Assembly: GCA_039679325.1 (NCBI GenBank)
Contig: JBDKVD010000097.1
Span: forward strand, 1-38,251
Length of the DNA stretch: 38,251 bases
Source of the DNA: Smithella sp.
GTDB lineage: Bacteria; Desulfobacterota; Syntrophia; Syntrophales; Smithellaceae
Direction of reading: 5' to 3'
The translations under genes were made by a program, and so were the position numbers. This document shows positions 29,532 to 38,251 of the stretch, piece by piece (within the stretch, counting starts at the first letter, position 1; each line of letters starts with the position of its first letter). The notes under the pieces are model-generated. The model saw only the letters and a program-made list of their open reading frames with translations. It searched no databases and was not told where the DNA came from.

Positions 29532-29957
29532 ATGGATTTTTTTACAACTTTCAAAATTTGCGGAACAGGACTTTCCGCGCAGCGGGCTAAAATGGATATT
29601 GTAACGAGCAATCTGGCCAACGTCAATACAACAAGCACTCCGGAGGGTGGGCCTTATAAAAGAAAAATAATCGCTTTTACACCTGAACCGCTGAGGCAGG
29701 GTTTTGACAAGGCTCTGGAAGGAGCGGTGCAGGCTGTTAAGGTTAAAGGAATAACGGAAGATGAAGGGAGCGGCAGAAGGGTACACGATCCGGCTCATCC
29801 TGATGCGGATAAAGATGGTTACGTGGTTTTTCCTAATGTAAATGCAATGGTGGAGATGACGGACATGATTACAGCCGGCCGTGCTTATGAAGCATGCGCC
29901 ACTGCTTTTGATGCGGCAAAGAATATGGCGGTAACAGCCCTCGGCATAGGTAAATAA
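29532..29957 (+). CDS. flgC: Flagellar basal-body rod protein FlgC
   Basis: GLSAQRAKMDIVTSNLANVNTT, then GYVVFPNVN..EMTDMITAGRAYEA. Confidence 0.9.
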   Translation: MDFFTTFKICGTGLSAQRAKMDIVTSNLANVNTTSTPEGGPYKRKIIAFTPEPLRQGFDKALEGAVQAVKVKGITEDEGSGRRVHDPAHPDADKDGYVVFPNVNAMVEMTDMITAGRAYEACATAFDAAKNMAVTALGIGK

Positions 29958-29977
29958 ATAATAATGGAGTTAAAGAT

Positions 29978-30277
29978 ATGACAGATATAAGTATTCATGG
30001 TCCTCTAAAGCCCGCGGATATAACTCCTGAAAAGTCAGATGATAAACAAGCCTCCGGAAGTTCGTTCGGTTCGGTGCTGAAAGATGCAATTTCGGACATC
30101 AATAAACTGCAGGACGATGCGGATAAATCAATAGCCAAGGTTCAGTTGGAGGATGCAGGTTCTATCCATGAAGCGATGGTCGCTCTGGAAAAAGCGGGTA
30201 TTTCTTTTCAGGTGATGATGCAGGTTCGCAATAAAATTCTGGATGCTTATCAGGAAGTCATGCGCATGCAGGTCTGA
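29978..30277 (+). CDS. fliE: Flagellar hook-basal body complex protein FliE
   Basis: FGSVLKDAISDINKLQDDAD and the C-terminal HEAMVALEKAGISFQVMMQVRNKILDAYQEVMRMQV. Confidence 0.85.
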   Translation: MTDISIHGPLKPADITPEKSDDKQASGSSFGSVLKDAISDINKLQDDADKSIAKVQLEDAGSIHEAMVALEKAGISFQVMMQVRNKILDAYQEVMRMQV

Positions 30278-30408
30278 TACCATTACGCTTTCTTCGGCTA
30301 ACTGTGTCGGCTTCCTCAACGAATCAGCAATACGCCGGATGCCCGCCCGGCGGATGCCAGGGAGCCTCCTCCTTACCGCCTTGTTATCCTTTGAAAGCGA
30401 AATGGTAT
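30277..30408 (+). repeat. Hairpin-closed intergenic repeat element, copy C, between fliE and fliF
   Basis: 16-bp inverted repeat with one mismatch, ataccattacgctttc (30277-30292) and gaaagcgaaatggtat (30393-30408), around a 100-nt GC-rich core. The core holds gtcggcttcctcaacg (30306-30321) and gcctcctccttaccgcc (30364-30380). The left arm starts on the last base of the fliE stop codon. Confidence 0.8.
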
Positions 30409-30439
30409 GATTTCTCAATTCTATTGATCAGGATTATTT

Positions 30440-31996
30440 ATGGATTCAGTTTTACAATTCCTGGCAAAATTATGGGCTGGTTTTGATTCCTTAAGCCCGA
30501 CCCGCAAGATACTGGCAGGGGTAGTTGCGTTTGCGGCTGCAGCGAGTATCGGTCTTATGATCTACTTAACAAATCAAGTCGATTATAAAGTGCTCTTTTC
30601 CAATTTATCGGCGGAAGATGCGGGGGCCATTGTTGCGAAATTGAATGACCAGAAAATACCCTATAAAATTTCATCATCAGGCAACGCTGTTTCCGTGCCT
30701 GCGGAAAAAGTCTCGGAATTGCGCTTGGAGCTTGCTGCCGCCGGACTGCCCCAGGGCGGCGGCGTTGGATTTGAAATATTTGATAATAAAACACTGGGAG
30801 CAACGGAATTTGAACAACAATTGAACTACCGGCGCGCCCTTCAAGGTGAACTTGCACGAACTATTAACGGCCTTGATGAAATTCAGTCCAGCCGTGTGCA
30901 CATCGCTCTTCCCAAGGATTCTCTCTTTACCGATCAGCAGAAAAAACCGACGGCCTCCGTAACGCTGCGCTTAAAACCGGGCAAAACAATGAAACAGTCC
31001 CAGATAGAAGGTATTATGCACCTCGTGGCAAGTTCCATAGAAGGAATGAGCCCTGATGATGTCATGGTTGTTGATTCACGGGGAACGATACTTTCCACTA
31101 AGCAAAATGAATCCAGCAAGTTTTCCAAGCTTACCGCCCAGCAGACGGAATATCAGAGAAACACGGAAAAGGATTTGTCCAATAGAATTCAATCTCTGCT
31201 GGAGAATGTTGTCGGAAAAGGCAAGGCAGTGGTCAGGGTTACGGCGGACCTTGATTTTCGGGTGACGGAGAAAACGGAAGAAATATATGATCCGGAATCA
31301 TCGGTCGTGAGGAGCGTACAACGCAATTCGGATAAAGTTAATGCCGTGGGGAAATCGGGAGCGGTATCCGAAAACCCCGAGAAGGAAAAAATGGATGAAG
31401 TCATCAATTACGAAATAAACAAAGTGGTCAACAAAACAGTAATGCCTTTGGGTGATACGAAGAAACTTTCCATTGCCGTGCTGGTGGACGGAACCTACAA
31501 GAAAAATGAAAAAGGCGAGGAAGTCTATCAAGCGCGTACAAAAAGTGAAATTGAATCAATCGAGGATCTGGTGCGCAAATCGGCGGGATTCAATGCGCAA
31601 AGGGGCGATCAGGTTGTTGTAACAAATATGCCTTTTAGAAAAATCGATGCCGAAGAAGTGGAAACTCCGACGCTAAGAGAAAGAGTGCAGACATTTACGC
31701 CGATATTCAGCTATATCGCAATTGCAGGTATAATAGTATTTATTCTCTTATTCATAGTCCGTCCGCTGATTACAACAATTTCCAAAGCGGCGCCTGACCC
31801 CGCCAAACAATTGCCCGGAGCTCAATTACCGGCTGGTCTTCCGGGTGAAACTCAAAATGAACAATACGCACGGCAAATTGGCGCTGAAATGCAGGCACCC
31901 GGAGCTCGTGCTCTCACGGAAAGTGAAATCACCCGGGAAATGGCGCGGGCTGATTCCAAACAGTTTGCCGATATATTGAGAAACTGGATTAAATAA
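30440..31996 (+). CDS. fliF: Flagellar M-ring protein FliF
   Basis: N-terminal TM ILAGVVAFAAAASIGLMIYL. YscJ/FliF motifs LRLELAAAGLPQGG..GFEIFD and LNYRRALQGELARTI. A second TM follows near the C-terminus. Confidence 0.9.
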   Translation: MDSVLQFLAKLWAGFDSLSPTRKILAGVVAFAAAASIGLMIYLTNQVDYKVLFSNLSAEDAGAIVAKLNDQKIPYKISSSGNAVSVPAEKVSELRLELAAAGLPQGGGVGFEIFDNKTLGATEFEQQLNYRRALQGELARTINGLDEIQSSRVHIALPKDSLFTDQQKKPTASVTLRLKPGKTMKQSQIEGIMHLVASSIEGMSPDDVMVVDSRGTILSTKQNESSKFSKLTAQQTEYQRNTEKDLSNRIQSLLENVVGKGKAVVRVTADLDFRVTEKTEEIYDPESSVVRSVQRNSDKVNAVGKSGAVSENPEKEKMDEVINYEINKVVNKTVMPLGDTKKLSIAVLVDGTYKKNEKGEEVYQARTKSEIESIEDLVRKSAGFNAQRGDQVVVTNMPFRKIDAEEVETPTLRERVQTFTPIFSYIAIAGIIVFILLFIVRPLITTISKAAPDPAKQLPGAQLPAGLPGETQNEQYARQIGAEMQAPGARALTESEITREMARADSKQFADILRNWIK

Positions 31997-32025
31997 AATC
32001 TCTTTAAAAGTATTAAGGATAAAGT

Positions 32026-33018
32026 ATGACCGGCGAAGAGAAAGCTGCAATATTGTTGTTGTCAATGGATGAAGATCTTGCGGCGGATGTGATGAAAAAT
32101 CTGCGGCCGTCGGAAATTCGCAGATTAGGTAAACAGATGAGCCGGATAACAAATATTCCCGCGGATACGCTCAACAGCGTGGCCAAGGAATTCTGCACCA
32201 TGGCTAAAGAGCAGGGCGGAATGATTTCGGTACGAGAAGGTCTTCCGAAAAACCTTGTTGCTAAAGCACTGGGAGAGAAAGACGCACAAACGATTCTGGA
32301 CGAAGTGGAAAATTCAGCCAATGACAATCCCATTATTGACAGAATGCATGATATCGATCCCAAGGTAATGGCTGATTTCACCAGAACGGAACATCCTCAA
32401 ACAATAGCACTGATACTGGTTCATCTGAAGCCGGAGAAGGCGGCTCAGGTTCTCGAACATTTTTCTCCGGAAATTCAGTATGAAATATCAAAACGTATGG
32501 CGACGCTCAAAAGCGTGCCCAGAGAATTTATCGAAGAGATTGCCAGTACACTGGAGAAGGAGTTGATCATGGGCGGCACGTCTGATCAACAATTGGGCGG
32601 CGCTGAATTAATGGCCAATATCCTGAACCGAATGAACCGTTCCTCGGAAAATGCCATCATGACTTCACTGGAAGATTCGGAGCCGGAATTGGCGGCGCAG
32701 ATCCGCAACTTCATGTTCAGCTTTGATGATGTTATGAGACTGGATGATAAATCACTTCAGGAATTGATGAAGGATGTCAGTTCGGAAGATCTGGCCAGAG
32801 CGCTCAAAATGGTTGACGAAAGTATGCGGGAGAAGATTTTCAGGAACATGTCCAAACGTGGCGCGGAAATGCTGCGGGAAGAAATTACACTTATGCCTCC
32901 GATCAGAATATCCGAGGTGGAAGCAAGCCAGCGTAAAATAGTGGAAGTTACGAAAAAACTGGAAGCGGAAGGCAGGATAGTTATTCTGCGCGGTGACGAA
33001 AACGATGGATTCATATAA
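32026..33018 (+). CDS. fliG: Flagellar motor switch protein FliG
   Basis: EKAAILLLSMDEDLAADVMKNL, MFSFDD and the C-terminal torque helix region EVEASQRKIVEVTKKLEAEGRI. Confidence 0.9.
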   Translation: MTGEEKAAILLLSMDEDLAADVMKNLRPSEIRRLGKQMSRITNIPADTLNSVAKEFCTMAKEQGGMISVREGLPKNLVAKALGEKDAQTILDEVENSANDNPIIDRMHDIDPKVMADFTRTEHPQTIALILVHLKPEKAAQVLEHFSPEIQYEISKRMATLKSVPREFIEEIASTLEKELIMGGTSDQQLGGAELMANILNRMNRSSENAIMTSLEDSEPELAAQIRNFMFSFDDVMRLDDKSLQELMKDVSSEDLARALKMVDESMREKIFRNMSKRGAEMLREEITLMPPIRISEVEASQRKIVEVTKKLEAEGRIVILRGDENDGFI

Positions 33019-33679
33019 AGCCAGTGTTATTAAGGCTGACGCAGTCATTAATTCAGGCAAACCTGTATCATTGTCCCGCAAACTGTCTGAGGGTGAAAAT
33101 GCAGGTGCCAGGCCTCAGGATAATACCGCTTTACCGTCGACAACTGAGCAAACCCGGAAGGAAAAACTGAAAGTTGAAATAGAGAAAAATCTCAGCCGGG
33201 TCAGTGATGAAAGTTACCGGAAAGGATTCGCCGAAGGTGTTGAATTTCAAAAAAAAGAAATATTGCCGGTGCTGGATGCGATATCCACTATGACCAAGAT
33301 GATTCCGCTAATCAATAAACATATTACGGGAAAAACTGAAGAACAGATAGTAAAGCTCAGCTTTGCTATTGCTGAAAAAATTATTAATCAGGAAGCGGAG
33401 ACAAATAAGGAAGTCATCTTTGGAGTTCTCAAGGGTGTGGCGAAAAATATTTCAGCAACAGAGGGAATAAAGATCAGACTCAATCCACAGGATTTTCATT
33501 ATATGACGGAAATAAAAAAAGATTTGTTGCAGTCAATTGAGGGTGTGAGAAATGCTGTCTTTGAAGAAGACGTTTCCATCAAGAGGGGCGGCGCCATTGT
33601 GGAAACTATGTTTGGTGAAGTTGATGCCAGACTGGAAAGTCAGTTGAAAGAGATTCGGGAAGCAATGTTAAAACTTTAA
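33005..33679 (+). CDS. fliH: Flagellar assembly protein FliH
   Basis: It occupies the fliG-fliI position and overlaps the fliG 3' end. The E/K-rich coiled region plus ESYRKGFAEGVEFQKKE and a C-terminal GGAIVETMFGEVDARLESQL fit the FliH/YscL family. The start is ATG 33005 or GTG 32993. Confidence 0.75.
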   Translation: MDSYKASVIKADAVINSGKPVSLSRKLSEGENAGARPQDNTALPSTTEQTRKEKLKVEIEKNLSRVSDESYRKGFAEGVEFQKKEILPVLDAISTMTKMIPLINKHITGKTEEQIVKLSFAIAEKIINQEAETNKEVIFGVLKGVAKNISATEGIKIRLNPQDFHYMTEIKKDLLQSIEGVRNAVFEEDVSIKRGGAIVETMFGEVDARLESQLKEIREAMLKL

Positions 33680-33695
33680 TTCGTTAGTGTTAATT

Positions 33696-35021
33696 ATGAA
33701 CGCAGAAACTATAGACTTGTCCAGATATGAAAAGCTTTTGGAACGGATTAATCCGATTCGCATTCATGGTAAAGTGAGTGAAATAGTCGGATTAATGGTC
33801 GAGGGCAACGGCCCGGCTGCGTCAATAGGGGACGTATGCGGTATAATGCCGGTAAACGGCGATATTCCTCTGGAGGCGGAAGTTGTCGGTTTCAAAAACG
33901 GAAGGGTCCTTTTAATGCCTTTGCAAAGCATTCAGGGATTAGGACCGGGTTGTAAAATACTTTCGCTGGGAAGAAAGGCTGCCGTCGGTGTAGGCAACAG
34001 CCTTCTGGGAAGAGTGATTGACGGGCTGGGAAATCCCATAGATAACAAGGGGCCGGTTGATTTTACAGATGAATACCCGATTTATGCGGATCCAATTAAT
34101 CCATTGGATAGGGGCCGCATAATCGAACCGATGGATTTGGGTATTCGCGCGCTTAATGCGCTTTTTACCTGTGGCAAGGGTCAGAGAATGGGAATATTTG
34201 CCGGTTCCGGTGTCGGCAAAAGCGTTCTCATGGGAATGATTGCTCTTAATACGAAAGCCGACGTGAATGTTATCGGCTTAATTGGCGAACGGGGCAGGGA
34301 GGTTCGTGAATTTCTGGAAAAAAATCTGGGGGAAGAAGGCCTGAAACGTTCAGTTGTAGTTGTTGCGGCATCCGATATGCATCCTCTGGTTCGTATGAGG
34401 GCTGCTTATGTTGCCACCGCTGTTTCCGAATATTTTCGTGATCAGGGAAACGATGTTCTTCTGATGGTGGATTCTCTGACCAGATTTGCCATGGCGCAAA
34501 GAGAAATTGGCTTGTCAGTAGGCGAACCGCCTACGACAAAAGGTTATACGCCGTCTGTTTTCAGTTTGCTGCCAAAACTGCTGGAGCGTTCGGGCATTGT
34601 AGAAGGTGTAGGTTCGATAACAGGGCTTTACACTGTTTTGGTGGAGGGCGACGATTTCAATGAACCGATTTCCGATGCGGCGCGCTCCATACTCGACGGT
34701 CACATTTCACTTTCCCGCAGCCTTGCCCATAATAACCATTATCCGGCAATCGATGTTTTACAGAGTATCAGCAGGGTCATGGTAGATATTGTTGATAAGG
34801 AACAGAAGAATAAGGCCGCCGAACTTTTGAATGTTGTTGCCACTTATAAAAAGGCGGAAGATTTGATTAATATCGGTGCTTATGTGCAGGGGTCCAATCC
34901 GGGAATTGATCATGCCGTCAAGATGATTGATGAAGTTAATGCTTTTTTACGGCAGAATATAGGTGAACGAGTCGATTTTGAATCGGCGAAGATTCAGCTT
35001 TTAGAACTTCTTAAAGAATAA
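33696..35021 (+). CDS. fliI: Flagellum-specific export ATPase FliI
   Basis: Walker A GSGVGKS and Walker B VLLMVDSLTRFA, plus EGDDFNEPI..ILDGHI.LSR. Confidence 0.9.
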   Translation: MNAETIDLSRYEKLLERINPIRIHGKVSEIVGLMVEGNGPAASIGDVCGIMPVNGDIPLEAEVVGFKNGRVLLMPLQSIQGLGPGCKILSLGRKAAVGVGNSLLGRVIDGLGNPIDNKGPVDFTDEYPIYADPINPLDRGRIIEPMDLGIRALNALFTCGKGQRMGIFAGSGVGKSVLMGMIALNTKADVNVIGLIGERGREVREFLEKNLGEEGLKRSVVVVAASDMHPLVRMRAAYVATAVSEYFRDQGNDVLLMVDSLTRFAMAQREIGLSVGEPPTTKGYTPSVFSLLPKLLERSGIVEGVGSITGLYTVLVEGDDFNEPISDAARSILDGHISLSRSLAHNNHYPAIDVLQSISRVMVDIVDKEQKNKAAELLNVVATYKKAEDLINIGAYVQGSNPGIDHAVKMIDEVNAFLRQNIGERVDFESAKIQLLELLKE

Positions 35022-35026
35022 AACTT

Positions 35027-35461
35027 ATGTTCGTGTTTAGATTCCAGGCTGTTTTGGATTTCAGAAAAAATGTTGAGGAAAAAATTCTGGGTGAGTTTTC
35101 AGAAAAAAAGCGAGAACTTGAATTAGAGGAATTAAAATTGCAAAACTTAACTAGAGAATGGTCCAATCTGATTGGCCAATTAAAAAAAATGCAAAACAAA
35201 GCCGTGCCTGTAGGAGACATAGCCCGTTATGTTGCCTATATCGATCAGGTTAAAGAAAATGAAAGCAGGCAAAAAATAAAAATAGCAGAGGTATCCGGGC
35301 AGTTGGAAACCAAAAGGATAGAATTGCTGGATGCTGTGAGAAAAACAAAAATTATGGAAAAGCTGCAACAACGGCATGCAAAACAATACGAAGACGTCGA
35401 AAGAGCATTTGAACAAAAAAATTCCGATGAAATGGCTGTGCTGAAATTTGTCAGGAGATAA
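35027..35461 (+). CDS. fliJ: Flagellar export chaperone FliJ
   Basis: FRFQAVLDFRKNVEE... in an all-coiled 144-aa protein that directly follows fliI. Confidence 0.75.
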   Translation: MFVFRFQAVLDFRKNVEEKILGEFSEKKRELELEELKLQNLTREWSNLIGQLKKMQNKAVPVGDIARYVAYIDQVKENESRQKIKIAEVSGQLETKRIELLDAVRKTKIMEKLQQRHAKQYEDVERAFEQKNSDEMAVLKFVRR

Positions 35462-35463
35462 AA

Positions 35464-36078
35464 ATGAAAAAAATATTAATTGGAATTCAAATACTGATAT
35501 TGGTTTTGATTCTTATCAAAGCTGCCTCGGTAGTCGGCCTTATAAAAAAAACGGATTATCTATCAGCGACGTCATTGATAACCAGGCAGGCTTTGGCTGA
35601 GTCTCCGGTTGCATCGCCGGCGTCAGGTAAAATGCCTTCTGCATTGGGGCAGCCTTTAAATGAAACAGCGGGTGATGATTTGACAACAGTCAAAGACCTG
35701 GCATCAGCGCTTGCAGCCAAAAAAAGTGAGCTGGATAAACGTGAAAGTGGATTGCGAGTCGAAGAACAGCGTTTACTGGCGTTAAAAAAAGAAATAACGG
35801 ATAAAATTTTATTACTGAAGAGCCAGGAAGAAAAACTGACCTCGGCCCTGGAGTCTAATAAAGCTGATGAAGTAAAGAGATACAAGGATATGGCAAAGGT
35901 ATACGAGTCGGCTCCTCCGGCTAAAGCCGGCAAGATGCTGGAGCAATTGGATATTAAAACGGCGGCAGGCATTACAATGAATATGAAGAAAGATAAGGCG
36001 GGCGCCGTCTGGGGATACATTACCCCGCAAAAGGCAGCAGCGATTACGAAAGAAATTACACACACCGGCGGCAGGTAG
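35464..36078 (+). CDS. FlbB/YlxF (MotE, MgtE_N-like) flagellar protein
   Basis: N-terminal TM, a coiled coil, and a C-terminal KDMAKVYESAPPAKAGKMLEQLDIKTAAGITMNMKKDKAGAVWGYITPQKAAAITKEI region. It sits between fliJ and fliK, as ylxF and flbB do in Bacillus-type and spirochaete-type operons. Confidence 0.6.
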   Translation: MKKILIGIQILILVLILIKAASVVGLIKKTDYLSATSLITRQALAESPVASPASGKMPSALGQPLNETAGDDLTTVKDLASALAAKKSELDKRESGLRVEEQRLLALKKEITDKILLLKSQEEKLTSALESNKADEVKRYKDMAKVYESAPPAKAGKMLEQLDIKTAAGITMNMKKDKAGAVWGYITPQKAAAITKEITHTGGR

Positions 36079-36104
36079 TAATCTCAAAACATTGGTGAGT
36101 ATCA

Positions 36105-36134
36105 AAAGCCCTCTATTGACGAGGGCTTTTTTTT
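36105..36134 (+). terminator. Rho-independent terminator ending the flgB-to-flbB operon
   Basis: Stem aaagccctc, loop tattgac, stem gagggcttt, followed by a T-run; 27 nt after the stop at 36078. Confidence 0.8.
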
Positions 36135-36253
36135 GCCCTTTGCAGAACAATGTTTTCTGTGTCAGCAGGAAATATTTTCCCGTTGCTCAATTACCGGAAT
36201 GTTTATAGTTTGTAATGCATTGAAATAATAGGGTAAATGCAGTGTTTAATAGA

Positions 36254-36269
36254 TGGCATGCCTTTTGCT
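36254..36269 (+). promoter_or_regulatory. Candidate sigma-54 promoter for the fliK-flgD operon
   Basis: TGGCATGCCTTTTGCT is a near-consensus -24/-12 element. The -12 GC lies 36 nt upstream of ATG 36304. Confidence 0.7.
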
Positions 36270-36303
36270 CAAGAGTCATTAAAAAAGACTTCAGGTGAAA
36301 GAA

Positions 36304-37707
36304 ATGGAACAGGCAATACCGATGGTATCCGGGGGCAGTGCACAAAGCAAAGCATTGGAGTCTGCCGGTCCGTTTAAGATGTCCGGTCCTTCCAGTGACA
36401 AAATAAAAGCTGCAAACAGCAAATCTGAACAGGATGAAGAAGACACAAGCGGCGTGGTTCCATTTTACCAGATACTGAATCAGCAAATATCCCGGACAAA
36501 TAAATCTTCTGATGATGCATCAAATATAGATGCGGAAAATACTGCGCCGGAAAAGACAACTTTACAGGGAGATGTTAAGTCAGGCCAACAGCGACAGACT
36601 TTGACGGACATAAGCAAGTCGGCGGATGCGTTTAACACGGATCAGACACAGGTATCTTTCAGTGGTCTGTTAAAAGAAGCAGGTTTAAATAACGCGGGTG
36701 AAACGAAAATCGATGAAGCAAAGGCCGGCGACACAGATCTACAGTTGCAATTAAATAATGCTCCTGCGGGAGAGGAACCTGAATTTAAACAAAAAGGAAC
36801 GGAGAAGCTTGCAACCGCTGAAAAAGCAATGCAGGCGGAGAAGACAATTTCCAGGGGAACTCAACCTTCTGCCGATGCCGACGCCAAAATTGCAGCCAAT
36901 TTAACTGAACTGAAAATAGAAAACAAAGAACCCGATGATCTTCACCCCGCTCAATCGGCAAAAGACGATTCCCCTGACCGCAGTGATTCCCGTTTAACTC
37001 CGGACGAAATAAAGGAATTCCTGCTTAATAAAGATAAACCGGGACAGAATATAAATTCGGCCGGCGTGAAAGCGGAAAATAAGCCGCAGGCTGATGCCAT
37101 GCAGACAATTATAGGAGAAGCAGCCGGTAAAATGAGGGAAGAGCACAAAGGAAAAATTATTGCCAGTGAAAACACAAACGAAGAAATTTCTTTAACCGGG
37201 GTTAATTCGAACGGCAGCCCGGCAGGAGCGGAAAAAATTAATAATACTTCACCTGATAAAATAATAGATCAGATAGCAGGAGAAATTAAAGAAACGGCGA
37301 ACAACGATGGTGGAAGAGTTAAGATCACTTTGAATCCGCCTTCCCTGGGCAAACTGGAGATGGATGTAACCGTCCGCAACGGTAAGGTGGAAGTTGTTCT
37401 GGTGGCCGATAATAAAGATGTTCAGCAAACGTTGAATGCCAATATCGAAAAACTGAAGGAAAATTTGTTTAACCAGGGACTGACAATTGATCGCTGTGAT
37501 GTTTCCATGCAGGATAAAAAAGAAGAGTATCAGCAAAATTTCAACAGGCAAGCCTATTATCAGGACGGCGGATCAGCGAAGGACGGCAACCGGCAGGAAA
37601 ATTCCGATAAAGAAGTTAATTCCGGCACCGGGACAGGCATTTCCTTGCAGCCCGGCAGTGCTTTAAGAGCGTTTACCGATAACGATAACATAAGTTTATT
37701 TGCCTGA
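36304..37707 (+). CDS. fliK: Flagellar hook-length control protein FliK
   Basis: Low-complexity Q/S/A/D/K-rich N-terminal two thirds. C-terminal Flg_hook domain RVKITLNPPSLGKLEMDVTVRNGKVEVVLVADNKDVQQTLNANIEKLKENL. RBS aggtga lies before ATG 36304. Confidence 0.8.
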   Translation: MEQAIPMVSGGSAQSKALESAGPFKMSGPSSDKIKAANSKSEQDEEDTSGVVPFYQILNQQISRTNKSSDDASNIDAENTAPEKTTLQGDVKSGQQRQTLTDISKSADAFNTDQTQVSFSGLLKEAGLNNAGETKIDEAKAGDTDLQLQLNNAPAGEEPEFKQKGTEKLATAEKAMQAEKTISRGTQPSADADAKIAANLTELKIENKEPDDLHPAQSAKDDSPDRSDSRLTPDEIKEFLLNKDKPGQNINSAGVKAENKPQADAMQTIIGEAAGKMREEHKGKIIASENTNEEISLTGVNSNGSPAGAEKINNTSPDKIIDQIAGEIKETANNDGGRVKITLNPPSLGKLEMDVTVRNGKVEVVLVADNKDVQQTLNANIEKLKENLFNQGLTIDRCDVSMQDKKEEYQQNFNRQAYYQDGGSAKDGNRQENSDKEVNSGTGTGISLQPGSALRAFTDNDNISLFA

Positions 37708-37732
37708 ACAGGACGATATCGAGGAGGAAAAA

Positions 37733-38251
37733 ATGGCAACAGTAAGTAATGTATTGTCTGGTCTAGCCAGCAATATAAAGAGCAGTACGACCACCACAGC
37801 AAAGAGCGATAATACTTTGGGACAGGATGCCTTTATGACCATGCTTATTGCCGAATTGAAAAGCCAGGATCCATTGAATCCCATGGAGGGCAAAGATTTT
37901 GCGGCGCAACTGGCTCAATTCTCATCGTTACAGCAATTGAGCAACTTAAATACGACAATGAGCAATTTGCCTTCTTATTTGCAGGCGTTCAGCAATGCTC
38001 AAATGGCGGGCCTGATTGGCGATGAAGCTACTGCGTCAGGAGATACCATTACTGTCAGCGGTTCTGCAACCAATATTGCCTTCAAACTTCCTTCGAATAT
38101 TGCCGGTGGAACTCTTAAAATTTATAACTCCAGCGGCAGCCAGGTTGGCAGTGCTGATTTGGGCAGTTTGAAGGCTGGTATCAATTCTGTTGCCTGGAAT
38201 ACCAGCAATGTAAATCAAGGTAACTATACTTATGAAATCAGCGCCGTCGAT
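37733..38251 (+). CDS. flgD: Flagellar hook assembly (capping) protein FlgD, 3'-truncated by the window end
   Basis: RBS gaggagg. My own translation gives MATVSNVL...LGQDAFMTMLIAELKSQDPLNPMEGKDFAAQLAQFSSLQQL, the FlgD signature, open to the last base. It is absent from the ORF track because there is no stop in the window. Confidence 0.85.
   Translation, partial: MATVSNVLSGLASNIKSSTTTTAKSDNTLGQDAFMTMLIAELKSQDPLNPMEGKDFAAQLAQFSSLQQLSNLNTTMSNLPSYLQAFSNAQMAGLIGDEATASGDTITVSGSATNIAFKLPSNIAGGTLKIYNSSGSQVGSADLGSLKAGINSVAWNTSNVNQGNYTYEISAVD

Noticed and set aside
30304-30486. 60-aa ORF (MSASSTNQQYAGCPPGGCQGASS...).
   Set aside because: It is a read-through of the GC-rich core of repeat copy C into the fliF start region, with no RBS. 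The other repeat copies are not open in the equivalent frame.
35556-36150. 169-aa and 112-aa minus-strand ORFs.
   Set aside because: They are antisense to the flbB/ylxF-like gene and run through its terminator, and they show no coding signals.

Overview
This 38.25-kb window looks like ordinary chromosome, with no rRNA, tRNA, CRISPR array, transposase, integrase or recognisable defence gene. All product names come from motif recognition by eye; no searches were run. The gene content, with three sigma-54 activators and a flgB-to-flgD gene order, suggests a deltaproteobacterial (Desulfobacterota-like) anaerobe, at low confidence.

The left third (1-12.2 kb) is an envelope and lipid neighbourhood:
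- the tail of a sigma-54 activator and an ABM-like protein;
- a visibly GC-richer operon encoding a secreted protein, a split PqiA, PqiB and PqiC;
- three small exported or SYLF proteins, a YbaK-like deacylase and a small AT-rich phasin-like gene;
- an MFS transporter followed by a 945-aa ACP, fatty-acyl-AMP ligase and PlsC acyltransferase fusion.

The right two thirds (12.2-38.25 kb) are a motility supercluster:
- an orphan NtrC-type response regulator lying divergent from the che genes;
- a chemotaxis cluster (cheR, cheD, HDOD, cheY, cheX-like, cheB, cheA, cheY, cheX);
- a convergent PilZ-motA-motB operon;
- a large exported SPOR+TPR protein followed by an FlrB/FlrC-like two-component pair;
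- flgB-flgC-fliE-fliF-fliG-fliH-fliI-fliJ-flbB/ylxF-fliK-flgD, truncated at the window end.

Five GG-N10-GC sigma-54 promoter matches sit directly in front of the operon-leading genes.

I found no clear-cut novel system. The most unusual items are:
- a three-copy family of hairpin-closed, roughly 120-140-nt intergenic elements with conserved CU-rich cores but different closing stems, one wedged between fliE and fliF;
- the SPOR+TPR protein, which may be a periplasmic flagellar scaffold;
- the sigma-54-driven PilZ-stator operon;
- a che cluster that lacks CheW and MCP genes;
- G7-G8 tracts inside cheD, cheA, cheY and the kinase gene;
- an LplT/Aas-like lipid-repair module with a rearranged domain order.
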